Origin: Dicyema japonicum
Taxonomy: Eukaryota > Animalia > Dicyemida
Assembly: GCA_011109175.1 (NCBI GenBank)
Contig: RDEW01000022.1
Coordinates: 580,273-644,272, forward strand
Length of the DNA: 64,000 nt
Reading direction: 5' to 3'
Below, piece after piece: positions 51,831-64,000 of the stretch. Below the pieces are notes generated by a model. That model was not told the DNA's origin, did no database searches, and saw only the letters and a list, made by a program, of their open reading frames with translations. How positions within the stretch are numbered: position 1 is the stretch's first letter; each line of letters starts with the position of its first letter. Made by a program: the position numbers and the translations under genes.

Positions 51831-53230
51831 TCCCTTACATGATATCTGGTTAGTTAAATAACCCCGACCATTGGTAACACTAATGGTGATGTGCAATAAT
51901 CTACGTGACATTCTCATTTATTATATGATTATTCGTATAATATCCGGAAATAGATTATTTAATTGCAAGCATTAAAGCTGCCACAGTTATAACCGAACAC
52001 CTCGTAATTTGTTTATGGATATCCACCTGATGTATTACTATTATCCGTATTTTATTTGTGTAGAGGGGGAAGTTGGTTTGAAGTAAATATTATTTCAATA
52101 ATTTTGAACAAATTTTACAAATTGTTAACGAATTTGAGTCTGATTGAATTTTAGTTAGTAATGCTAAACATTCCGTCAACTATAAAATCGTTAAAATTTC
52201 ATTAAGTGAAGTAACACTATCACTATATTGTGAAAATTACAAGGCGAGTATTAAGAATTACATAAAACAGAATGGAACAAATTGGATTTAAATATTATGA
52301 GATGACAGAGCAGAAATTTGCAATGAAAATTATCAAATTTTGTCAAGTATACTTTCATCTGTAGAAAAAACCATTAAAATACTTAATATTTTAAACAATG
52401 TCAATAAAAATAAATAATATTTTTTAATTTTTTAAATGCTAGCTTTATTTTTATGTACTATTTTATATGGTTGTAACACATCGTGCTGTTTTATTGTGAT
52501 CGAACAAAACTGAATATTAAACTAGTCGTAGACTGGTCCTGAAGTGCTCATTCAATCTTTTGGAGTTGACGATAGTCATAGAAAATTTTATTCAAGTCTA
52601 AATATATTAATAGCAAGTTAGTTCATCTCACAGCCTGATAGCCTCATCTCTAATATATCTGTTCTTAAAATAAAGAACAATCAACCGAGGATCATACAGC
52701 GGCCACCCTAACTGTGTGGCTATTCCCAATCAGGATGACGAGATTCACTCAAATAGCTACAGCGCTCATGGAGATCATTTATTGACAATTTTGAGGATAC
52801 CTCCTTTCCAGTTCTGTACTTGAAGCCTTCCAAAATAATGTTCTAGGAAATTGAACTTATATTTCATAAAACGAGTTGTAGTATATATTTAAGACGCCCA
52901 GTATTTAAAAATGACACGTGCGGTCACTCAGAATGATTCTGAATCACTCGAATTCCTTTCAACAGGGTCACCTTAGGTATTTCGACACACGTCGAGATAT
53001 TATTTAGATGACCCACAGAAACTACGACAACACACAAGCACGTGACAAATTTTACTAATAATAGCAAATAACCCATTTCTCGTTGTAATCAAAAATAATA
53101 AAAAAGTCGATAAGCTTAATTAAAAGGTTCACAGATATACACACTACCACGTGTCCTAAATACGCAAACAACAAAACATAAAACAACAGCATCACAGTTT
53201 ACTAAGAAGCATCAGGACATCATCGGATTC

Positions 53231-54344
53231 CTACAATAAGCAACAATGTACAATTCTCTCTGCCAATTCTGTGACCCCAGAACACTCATCAAAGTATGAC
53301 TTGAACACACTCTCAGCCTCTTCATACCCACTCAAGTCCATTTTGCACAGAGTTCTCCTCAGGGGGAAGAGAGCCATAATACAACCACTCAATGATTCAA
53401 TGAACTTCTTTGGAAGAGGCCAAAGCACGTTTCGGCTCACATCAAACCTTAAGCTCTGCAATAATCACACCGACATCACATTTCGAGGGTACCGAACTCG
53501 TAGTTCTTCCAAACAATCAGCCAAGGTCCCCAACATGTGCGGCCACCTCTTATTGTTGATGTTCCTCAGCACTACGAGCGTCCCCAATTGTGTGTCAAAC
53601 ATACTCTGAGGCACGCACTCACGTGCTTGTCGCAGAAAGTACAGGAAAAGGCGACAGTCGTGGATAATCCGAATAACATACAAAGATACTTTGAATATAG
53701 AAGAGTTCTCCAAGATCGGGGACAGGTATTCAACTAAATCCCCCAGTTTGAAGTTCCTCAATGCGTATATGAAGACTATCTTCTCAGTAGCCACGGAAAG
53801 TAAAGAGATCGCTGACAGGTCTTCACAAAGTGAACAATGCATGGACAGGACGGTCTCCTTCGACAAGATCTCTGTCTGATGACGTCACAACCTCACCGAT
53901 GCTGCTGATGACTTCATTGGTGTCCCCATCAATCAAGACCTGGCACACGTTAGAACTGTTCCACTGATCGAGTGCCATATTTGCCTTGTTGGTCCTCATT
54001 TTTTGTTTTTCCTCCAAACTTTTGAGATGTTCAGGCGTCTCGTGCAACTCTAGATAGGTCTGTCGGTCCCGTCTATTTGTGAGCTAATGTGACTACTTTT
54101 GAGGTTCAATCTCCCGTTTGGTGGAGTAGTCCTGGTATAATTCGTTCTTTGCGTCAGATATCAGCTTTAGTTTGATGATCTGGTTATTGAGGACTTTGTA
54201 TTGGTTGTACACTACTTTTTTGTTTAAGTCTCTCACTAGAAATGCTATAAAAATGCTAACCACGTCTAAACACGATATAGCCGGTCTTTGGATCGTAACA
54301 ATGGAGTAGTCCTGAGAAGGATCCTTCGAGTACAGAAAATTCAT
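53231..54344 (-). CDS. EXD1: EXD1-like 3'-5' exonuclease-domain protein (piRNA-pathway family), divergent
   Basis: LLSVAT..VFIY, ILENSSIFK|IIHDCR, MFDTQ, LWPLP and LFPLR in EXD1 order; 24-nt introns after EPQK and YPRN; one probable 1-nt indel. Confidence 0.7.
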
Positions 54345-55200
54345 ATTTTAGGCCCACGTCAAGAGTCTCTGACATTTAACTTATGAAATTATTTTATTGT
54401 TTTTAGTTAACTTTAATAAAAATATATTTTAATAAACTTTAATACAAATAATTAAATAAAATCAAGGAACTGTTTCTTTAGAGTTTTTTTGCGACACCCG
54501 AAAGACACCTTTCTTGCTGCTGTGAAAAGCGCTAAACGTCTTGCCGATTATAGATCAAATTACGGAATACCTAAGAGACTTTCTTAGTATGACAAGATCT
54601 CAAGAGCATCCACTTTGGGTGGAAGTCTGATCATATCCAAATCCCTACTTATGGAGTCTATTCCAACATTACACTAGAAAAAGTAGGATGGTCCATGCAT
54701 GGACATAGTGATCGTTTAAGACTTTAACTTCTTTCAATCTGCTAGAGGAACAGGAATATGGTACAAGAGATGTGGTTGATTCTGATGTGGAGAGGAGAGT
54801 TATCAGCTACCATTTTTTGAGGATGATTTCCAGAGGTTCTGATGGATAACTACAGATAGACAAACACAACCAATACTTCTCTCTTCCCAAATCCAATCCA
54901 ATTGATTTAACTTTCCTCAACCTTTGACTGTTTCCGCAACTTTATTCAAACACGTGTAGCACATAATGTAGTTATGATTAATGAACCATACTTAAAATCT
55001 TTCTCCATTTTCTCGAATTAAAAATTCATGCGAATAACCCAGCTCTATCGTGCCAAATGCCAAGGTAAGGTCAATTCTATCCAAAACTTGGATGAACCCG
55101 TAAACGAAGGGAGCACAATGATAGGACAATTCTAAGCTTGTTGTTAATACAATCCACTAAGAATCAAGTTATGAATAAAAATCGTTAAACCAAAAATAAA

Positions 55201-57101
55201 CTATTTACTCTTTGCCCGAAGACTATCGTCGAATTCCTGCAAAATGAACTGTTTGTAGTCATCAATGCTTCCATCCCACATATTAACTGATCCACTACGA
55301 CATATCCAAATTTCCTCAGCGACTTGGGAGATCAGTCGAAAGTCGTGGGAAACGAGGATAACCCCTCCAGGAAAATCAACAAGGGCATCAGCAAGAGCAT
55401 CAATAGTCTCCATGTCCAAATGATTCGTCGGCTCGTCCAAAAGAAGAATGTGCGGTCTCTGCCAGGCCAGCCAGGCAAACGTGACTCTGCATCGTTGTCC
55501 ATCACTGAGATTGCTCATAGGACACACCTGCTGTTGTCCTGAGAGCCCATAGCGACCGATTATCCTCCTCATGTCCTCAATCTCCTTCACTTTAGGGAAC
55601 TGCTTCATCATCAAATTAAGAGCATAAATCCCCAAATCAAGAATGTCCTGCAAGTGCTGGTGATAGCGACCAAATTTGAGATGACTGTTTCTTCTAATGG
55701 CTCCTTCCGTGGGGACCAATTCGTCACATATTAATTTTAGGAAGGTGGACTTGCCAGCACCATTTCTCCCAACAAGGGCCAAACGTGTATCGAGATCTAT
55801 TCCAAAGTCCAAATCGCGGAAAATATAAGGCATTTCACTCCCATACTTGAAAGACACATTCTGGACCATAATCACCGGGGAGGGATATCAGAACAACCAA
55901 AAAAAGTGAATGCAGGAGTCTTTTCACTCCCACTGGCCAGCATGGCAGTGCTGGTCCTCTCCATCATTCGTTTCATCTGCTTCTCCCTGCTCTTTGCCTG
56001 TCTAGCTAATTTTGCGGTCCCGTGTCCAAAGCGAGCAACGTAGTTCTTCAAATGCTGCATTTTACCCTGCTCCCACTCCTGTCGCTTCTGTTGACTCTCC
56101 TCCATGTTCATGCGAATAGTGACATACGAGTCGTAGTTCCCCTACAAATTACAGGAAACTCAACTGTGAACTGATGCAGCTTCTTCTTGTACATGAGAAG
56201 AATGCGAGTGCATACCCCGTTGAGGAAGTCCTGGGAATGAGAGACGATCAGAAGAGTCCCCTTGTAGCTGAGAATTACCATTTAGTGTACTTTCGTAGCA
56301 CAGTTTCCAGCCACACGCAGGACTCCAAGTCCAGATGATTGGTCGGCTCATCCATTAGTAGAGAGGAGGTCGAATCAACAGCGCACGTGCGAGAGCAACT
56401 CTCATCCGCCAACCTGCAGTCAAATAATATTATTAACCCCCAGAAAAGCTATTAAGAGGACGAGATTGCATTTCATGATTAAACCCCAATCAACGAGAAT
56501 CTTTGCAGCACGTGGTCTAATTTTATCGTATTCAATCTCCTCCAGTCGTTCATAAATATCCATTAACAATTCATGACAATCTCCATCCTCACACGTGGCC
56601 AATAAAACACTCTGTTCCTCTAAGCTCTCCCGTTCGGAGTCCACGTTTATTACAGAGTCAATTACAGACTTCTTCAGAAGCTTCCATCTCCCGTTTTAGA
56701 TGGAAGACATCGATATGCTCAGGGATTGGGAGGTCCCGACTAGCAAGAGCGGACATCAAGGTTGACTTCCCTTATGTAATGAGAATAATCAACCACATCC
56801 GTTGACTCCCACGAGTCCGTATCTTTGGCCATAATTGAGTTCTATTGATGTGTCCATAAGGAGCTCAGTCCCGTGGTATATCAGACTCACTCCATCGATG
56901 TGGACATCACGGGAATCAACGTGAGAAGAAAGCACCCCAGTACATGAACGGAATGCTCTCTCAGGGTCATTCTTATCTTCCAAGGAGACCTTCTCTCTAA
57001 ATTCTTTGTATCTTCAAGGAGATTAATGACAACGAGGTACTTTGATTTGCTTTTGGCTGGTTCTTTTTCTGATTTTTCTTTTTTCTTGAATCAGAAGGCA
57101 T
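55201..57101 (-). CDS. ABCF2: ABC-F family member 2, 5 exons, about five 1-nt indels as assembled
   Basis: MPSD start; [24 protein letters not shown]|KST, FSGG|[37 protein letters not shown] and a second [25 protein letters not shown]; introns 23, 24, 23 and 23 nt. Confidence 0.95.
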
Positions 57102-57399
57102 GCTGGCGATAAATTCAAGAAAACGTGTTTTTACATAATATAATTATATTATAATTATGTATAAAAAATATAATTTAAATTTTAATCAAAAACATGTTAG
57201 GATGGTATCTCTTCTTTTGTGGAGTTTTATTGCCAATATGGCCCGCAGGGTTCTTTGCTGTAATTCACCTTATTCCATCTGAAATGTAGTTTTCCTGCTA
57301 CAATTTACCTTTCCCCCTTAAAATTTAGTTCTCTTGCTATAATTTACTTACTCTTGCTAAAACGTATCGTAGTTGGGGAGAGTCTGACATTTTTAATAG

Positions 57400-57770
57400 A
57401 CAATGAAGTAAAAGGAAATTGTGATGATTGATAATATTCCTTATAGATACTAAAAGTTAAAAACTTAACAATTCTAGTTACGAACCAAAAAGATATCCTT
57501 AAACCTCCTAACCCCCAAGTTTGCGGGAGCAATGATTAACGGTAGTACTACGGATAAATCAAAGCCATTTATTGTCAGAAAATACGAAAAACCAAGATGT
57601 TTTAAGGGTTTCAGCTCTGAAAATTCATTACGCACAAAATTCAAAAAGCGTGACGGGTTCGAAACTGTTCGATATTTTGAGGGGACATTTGGAAAAGTAA
57701 AACGCAATATATTGCTTGTAGTCGATCAGTCTCCTCACAAAATCTGCATGAATCTACAGCAAATTTAGTT
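57400..57770 (+). mobile_element. pogo/Tigger DDE transposase remnant
   Basis: KYEKPRCFKG and KRNILLVVDQSPH. Confidence 0.55.
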
Positions 57771-57879
57771 AGGGTTTGCCTACTAATTGTGTGTAGTACA
57801 GCTAATAGGTGCTATTAGTACGTTAATAGCATATTTATTACAAATTTAATAAAAATTATAAATTGAGATGGGGGAAATT

Positions 57880-58110
57880 CATCGTTTTAGCATCATGGGA
57901 GCAAGACGTCCAGGCAGCCACGGAGAAGAATAAAACATCATCTGAACCGTTTATTTGTGTAGATGAACAAAAACAGACTGACTAGTCCTAAGAAATGTGC
58001 TACATTCAGTTTCACAGGAAGAATAAGTCTATAGAAGTGGATGGGAAAACATTGCCATTTAAGGAATAACAAAAAATCCTGGGGGAGATCTTCGATACAC
58101 ATATATGTAT
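57880..58110 (+). mobile_element. LINE RT C-terminal remnant
   Basis: HLNRLF..MNKNRL, KTLPFKE..KILG.IFD. Confidence 0.5.
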
Positions 58111-58569
58111 TCGTGGCATGTCGAAAATGTGAAAAACAAGTTAATGAAAGCTATGTGGAAAATCGAGAACCACATGTACTAAAAAAATTTACTCCCAAAA
58201 TATTGAGCCATGCATTTCCTATGCATGCGCCTTATGGGTGCCTTCGATCTCTGACTAATGCTCATGAAATCGCGGTTATACAAAAAAGGGTTTCGAATTG
58301 ACAAAAAGTGGTCTACAGACAAAAGGAACATAATACCGACACCTTTGGCATCCTAATCCAAAGGAATAACGGAGGAGGTCTGATCAAACGTGATAAAGAG
58401 ACAACCCGACCCAACGAGTTGTAAGGGAGGAACATAGAGCCAAGCTACAAGCCTTTATGACAAATTTACATACAAATAATTTTTAAATATAAAAAAACTA
58501 ATCAGAATTTTTGTTAAAATACAAAATAATAATAACATTTTTAATATTTTATAAAAACATTTTTAAAGT

Positions 58570-59882
58570 CCAGGATTCAGTCGTCATAGGAAATAGCTTC
58601 CATCTAATACACCAGCTTCTAGAGCAACGGTGGAGTGCGCCTGTGCCTCCTGGAATCTTAGTTTCAAGTTACAATATAAATTCACAAAGAATTATGCTAA
58701 TTGATTGACCTTGATTTTAAATTGGTCTTTTACAAAATTAGAATTTTCTTCGAATTTGGTAACATGGTTTCGATAATCAGCCCATTTGACGAGATTCACA
58801 CAATCTGGATGGAGTTTTGTCAATAGAAGCTCCAAGATTTTAAAGAATGGGGGATCAGTCGTCGTTATGAAAAGCCCTGATGGTGAGGACTTTCTAATTT
58901 TGGTCGAAACCACGGTTTTCTGTTGTTCTATTTCAGAACGTCGGCAATCCCTTCACATTGAATTTCGTGGGGGATTTCAAAAACAAAGTATTCTCAAATT
59001 TATTTTAGTCTCTATATGTCAGGAAGACCAATCTGAACAGCGACAACGTCTCTTTATCAGGAATGGAACTTTTCTGGTAATTTTTATTACAATTTTAGAC
59101 AAACTCGGCAATTTTTAGTTTCACGTTCGAGAAGAATTCTGTTTATTCGTTTTCCACGAAAGACACTGATGACATTGTTATTCCAAGTCCCGGGGAGTTT
59201 CCGCGTTTATATAAAGATTTTGAAGATTTTGGTGGGACTTTATTTTAAGGTCTCCCTGTTAGCAGTGAGGCTCCGTATCTTGCACAGCAGGCTGACTCCT
59301 TCAAGTCATCAGAGAAATTGGGAATTCGCTTTACCGAAAAATGGTCACCGAATTACCAATATTTTAGAGTCCTGTCCCAACAACAGCTTTTACGATGTTC
59401 TCCCTTCTACACAATAGCTTCTTTTGGATGAAATTTAACGCTACTTTTGAAAAAATTAGCATCAATGTAAGGATTCCGACTTCTGACGACGTGATGCCCT
59501 TTCTTGCTCTTAGGACAAATTATGGGGGACTGTTCAGTTATTTGAGTGAAGGGCTGATTTTCTTCTACGACCCAATAAAAAATAAAGCCTACATTTACAA
59601 AGATATACGTTTTCCACCGTTTTTCTATTTTAAACAACTTTTTCCTATGAATCATTCCGAATGCCTATGGAATGAAAATAGAACGGAATTGCTGGTTTAG
59701 GATGACTTTGATTATTGATGTGTTTTGTGATATTAACCGGTAGGAAGACATCGTGGTGGCTAGGATCAACAAAGAAGTTGTGTTTAGTGATAAAATGACC
59801 GTCGAAAATCTACTTTAATGGCTTTGGAATGTCCGCATATGCCATCGGTGACTTTGACGACATTGAAGTAAGTCATAACTAA
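58570..59882 (+). CDS. GALC: Galactosylceramidase (GH59)-like, C-terminal portion only; the catalytic N-terminal region was not found
   Basis: AHLTRFTQSGW, GGSVV, ILVETT, FPRLYKDF, SEAPYLAQQADSF, RTNYGG, EGLIFF and GDFDDIEV align in order with GALC; 21-24-nt introns (58915-36, 58988-59008, 59077-98). Confidence 0.7.
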
Positions 59883-59899
59883 TTGAGTTACTTTCTGGT

Positions 59900-61355
59900 C
59901 GTTGGTTTAATTGTTTTGGTTTTAAATATTGTAGTTTCTCTAATACATGTTCTTTGTAATGAATTAATACTGTTATGTTCATTAACAATGGAATTAAGCT
60001 TTGACAACTTCTGCCTCGGGGACTTGCTCTTGTGATCCTTAACCTCGCGACTAACAAAATCTCACATGCGGATAGCTCTTTCGTCATTTAGGAAGCTAAA
60101 AGGGCCAGTAAGCCGTATAGTGGCACGAATTCACAGGGGTACGGAAATATCGCTTCCATTGATGTTCAGCGGCAACGTCTCAGAAGCTCGATTTCTTTAG
60201 TTTCACTGCAATGTTCTGTTTACAAAAATCGATTATTTATTGGGTTAATACGATACAGATAATTATTAAAGCAAAATCAACAGAAAACGTTCAGGAAACT
60301 ATCGGAAACAATTAGAGTTTACTGCAGTTAGTCTCAAAGTTAGCGAGTGGACCGATCTCTTTTGTGCACGTCAGACAATTGGAATCAATCTATGAGATGT
60401 ACAGCACTCATGAGATGTACAGCATCCTGGAGGTTGTAAATAATAGTTCCTGCTAAAAAAGCACAAACCTACCCAAAATAGTTAAACGGGGATCCATTGG
60501 ACCCACGGAACCAGCCGTGGCGAGAAATGTTGTTCATGTCTTGTATTACCTAGACGATTGCCGTATGCCAATAGAATCTACTCAAAATGTCAAAATACCA
60601 CATTATTTTCTTTCCTGAACTACAGTCAGGCGATTGTCAAGATGGTTCTCCATCACAGAATCATCAGATATCAATTATTCTGAGTTGAACTTCCTAACAC
60701 TCCGAGTACTCAGTACTCTTAAATTTCCCACCGAACAAAACCTTAACAGGATCCTTTGCAAATTTGAGAGACAACTGAAAGGTAGAGTCAACAACGGAAA
60801 GTTTATCTATAGTTGCTTGAGATATAGGGGTGTGCCGCATATATCAACCCCTTCCCGCTCGGAAGTATTGAATCCCACCTTGACGATGGCACAGTCCACA
60901 TTGGAATTTCTGCCCAAATGGGATTGAAAGTATGTCAAGCACACCAGTGGCAATGTGGAGGAACCGTGGATACCTATGGACATCATGCTCTTTCTTGCTG
61001 AAGGAACGCGGAGACTCCCGAGACATAAGGATTACAATCTTCACGTTCTAGAAAAGAATCGAATAGTATGGGAGGCCAACTTTATCGATTCCTTAACGGC
61101 ATCATTTGGAGAGGTAAAGGAAATATCCGACACAAAATACGGAAAAGAGTAATGGAAGAAACATCGAGGGCTCATCGACCGACTCACGTTCCGTGCGATC
61201 GCTTTCGAGAAAACTGGAGCAATAAACAAAAAGTATTTGTCTTTCTCAAGAACCTGTGACGTCTGATAACAATTAGAATCAACGACATCAGTGAAATCCA
61301 ATGGCTCTTCCATTTGATATATATCGCTATCGTGAGTCACAACATACCTCCCATA
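59900..61355 (-). other. Putative unidentified intron-containing host gene
   Basis: AT-rich patch at 61360-61420, then ATG GGA G|gtatgttgtgactcacgatag and several more 21-24-nt GT..AG candidates; no homolog recognised. Confidence 0.35.
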
Positions 61356-62892
61356 ACCGTTCTTGCAAAATAAAAATAAATTTAAAATAAAACTAATTTT
61401 TTAAAATTAAATTTTTAAGTTTTGGAAGCCTCTTTGTTTCCATTTGTTTTCGATGTTTTTCTCTGATTATTTTCATTCTCATTTTTTGCTTCCATCAATT
61501 TTCGTACTTTCGCAGTCCCTATATTTATTCAAGAGCATAACCTAGTGTCTTTGAGCGGCGAAACTTTAGCATTATGCGAATTTTATTCTAATTATTATAT
61601 AAATCTAGCACACGAATTCCTAGAAAATGGTAATTTTCGTTAATCGATAAAATCGTATTCTGTTGCTGTGGAATGCAAGGCGTCTTTTGGTTCATCTGTT
61701 CGAGGAGCCCCAGTGTCTGGTAGGCGTGTAAAATGATTTCGTTTTCCCTACTTCATTGGAAGGGTTCCCACTATCGGGTATATGGATGTATATTACTCTG
61801 ACCGTGAGAACTGGGGTCACTTAGTTAAGGACTCTCTTTAACCCTTCTAAAGGTGACGACACAATGGTCCCATGTTTGCATAAAACAGGTTTCGCCTTTT
61901 TAGTTTGATGACATCGGATCTGACAGTCGTGAGTTCGAATCCGAAAGAGGCTTTTCAGCGAAGGTCAATTCCCGTCAAACAAATCCCTACGAGTCCTTCT
62001 CGAACGACACAGTTGTTGAAAGACATCTTCATACCTTCCCCTGACCAACTCCATGGTGAAGATTAACTTATGAAACTTTCCGTCCAAAAATGAAAGTGAG
62101 ATACCGCGAAGCTAGACGTTAAATGAAAATGGAAGAGGGTGGACTACTTCTCCACACTCTTCGGAAGTCTGTAATGGACAATTGGAAAATGGATTTGGTC
62201 GGCAAAAACAGTCGTTCCTTCCTTGGATTTGTGACTGCTAGTGGTGGCTTACAAGATTATAAGCCTGGGGTTAATAAATAAAACCCGATCTTCTTGAAGA
62301 TAATGAAGCATTCAAGTTCACAAAGGCACCATAATAAACTATTACCCCCAAATTGGGAAGACTTTAGCTGATACATTGATAATTATGTTTGGCTCATACA
62401 TTTTGACTTCCACTGAGAGATGGTTCATCTATTTATCCCGATGAGTAAAATTTCTATTCGACAGGACCCTTGGGTGAAAAGACAAAGAAAAAATATTTTG
62501 TAGAAAAAAACTCTCACCATCTAATGACGGAATCACAAGAATGTGTACCCTCGATAGGGATATTGACAAACAGGTAGAGATGATTGACAAAGCTAGGATG
62601 TATGTGTTTCAAAAATATAATCTAATATAGCCATGTACATGTTGAATGGTAGTTTTGGAAGAAACGAGTAATTTTTATTCAAGGGGATATGTCAAAGAAG
62701 ATCATGGAATCTTCCAAAAGGACAGGAACATATGGACGCCTGATTAAATCGGATTCATGAATAATACCTTTTCAGTTCTAAAATAAAATCTCTTCAAATT
62801 TCCAATTGGCAAGTGACTCGACAGCCGTAAAACAGGGGAACTATGAAGAAACGTTCAAACAGGAGAGAAAATCTTTGAAGTATTTTATGAAG

Positions 62893-63170
62893 GTTTACCC
62901 CCTTTAGGTGCTCTAGGAGAAGCTTTGGGGGTTTGTACTCTAAGTTTTGATTTTTCTGTCTGTTTGATTATTTTATTTTTCTTGCATATTTCAGATAGCA
63001 GAGATTCTCAAAATATCGTATTCCACTGTGATTCTGAAAAGATCATGCGGAAGAGAAATGAGATCTTTTGAGAACATCAAACATCGTGAATGGTACCTTG
63101 GGGGTGTCCCATAGCAATTTTTAGTTTCTTGGTATCGGAGAGAGGTTGGCTGTGTGACTAGAATGTTGGC
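62893..63170. repeat. Dispersed repeat, inverted copy of 13635-13915
   Basis: See 13635-13915. Confidence 0.9.
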
Positions 63171-63283
63171 AATCCCTCAAGGCTCTCCACTATCTCCTTA
63201 ACTCTTCAATCTCTACATAAACAACATGCCACAAACCTGTAATGAACCAACAATCTTTGTGAAGAACAAAGCTATTAACTATG

Positions 63284-63393
63284 TAAAAAAGTCATCTTTT
63301 TTACATAAAGATGTCGAGGACCTTGGTATAATATTCCACTTTCCCATATGACCCCTTAAAATCAATTTTTATAAGATTTAAAAAAGATGACTT
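63284..63393. repeat. Solo 95-bp-unit fragment of the Foldback-like element
   Basis: AAAGATGTCGAGGACCTTGG..CCCCTTAAAATCAATTTTTATAAGATTTAAAAAAGATGACTTT, preceded by an inverted AAAAAAGTCATCTTTTTT. Confidence 0.85.
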
Positions 63394-64000
63394 TAGTGAT
63401 GTGATGTTTGTTCCTCCCGCTATGGAAACTTCCGGGACTTTCGGACATTAGTCTTACACTTTATTCAAAACTGAGGATTTTGTGTTTTTTTAATTTTTAT
63501 CCCAAACAAATAATATTTGTGTCTTTTAAAAAATATAGGGGAACCAATCAAAATGAGGCACAAGCTCGATTTTGTAATAGCTTTGTATGGATTATTCAAA
63601 TTGAGTAATTTTTTGCGTAATGAGATGCTTAAAAGTAAGCTCAGACCAAAGTGCAAATGGCTCAACCTCAACCAACCAAAAAAAATTAGGCGATAGGAAA
63701 AAATCCGGACTTGTCCCGTTCGGTAAGAATCCTTCCTCATTAAAGAGAGTGGCTTTCCAAACTGCTTCATGATTACTTCATCGAATTGGATCGGCCCTGT
63801 TCTTGTGAAAGTAGACAATTTCTTATTCAGCATAATTGGGAATGATAACAAAGTCATCTTTTCGACTTCCGAAAATGGCCTCGATTTGATCAAAATTTTG
63901 CCTGAGAACGATACAATCGCCTTTTTTATCGACACAAAGATTGAATGTAATTTTCGACTGATTTTAGATTACAATTTTATTTGTGGTGTTGATGATGCGC

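Noticed and set aside
60392-60424. 15-nt direct repeat ATGAGATGTACAGCA with period 18
   Set aside because: A single short duplication with no family or function; likely slippage or error.
60634-61259. piggyBac transposase (plus) or ABCA N-terminus (minus, MFLPLLFS)
   Set aside because: Only short chance-level resemblances; no catalytic or downstream motifs follow.
63465-63935. 156-aa minus-strand ORF
   Set aside because: No recognisable motif; the plus strand is also open towards the window end, so no strand or product can be supported.

Overview
AT-rich eukaryotic nuclear DNA, very probably from an animal, read in the standard code (TGG=Trp; TAA, TAG and TGA all act as stops). Eight compact host genes or gene fragments sit as islands in a matrix of decayed transposons: PP2A B56 subunit, myophilin/transgelin, ACADSB-like acyl-CoA dehydrogenase, PRKRIP1, a single death-fold protein, EXD1-like, ABCF2 and a GALC-like C-terminal half. 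All of the roughly 30 introns I could place are 20-28 nt, nearly all GT..AG. That suggests a miniaturised parasite lineage such as dicyemids, orthonectids or myxozoans (inference). Several conserved genes carry 1-nt indels, mostly in homopolymer runs, best explained as consensus errors. The matrix holds Jockey/I-like, RTE, R4/Dong and CRE LINEs, pogo/Tigger, two hAT types, a Foldback/MULE-like element and integrase remnants, with readable nesting and target-site duplications. The most novel-looking signal is one Jockey/I-like LINE family with three linked traits: (i) a conserved 5' leader with covarying, pseudoknot-like pairing that buries the AUG; (ii) 2A-like DIExNPGP motifs just before the endonuclease; (iii) short non-coding derivatives made of leader plus 3' tail (SIDE-like). 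No rRNA, intact tRNA or CRISPR array was found. All calls are by eye; no searches were run.
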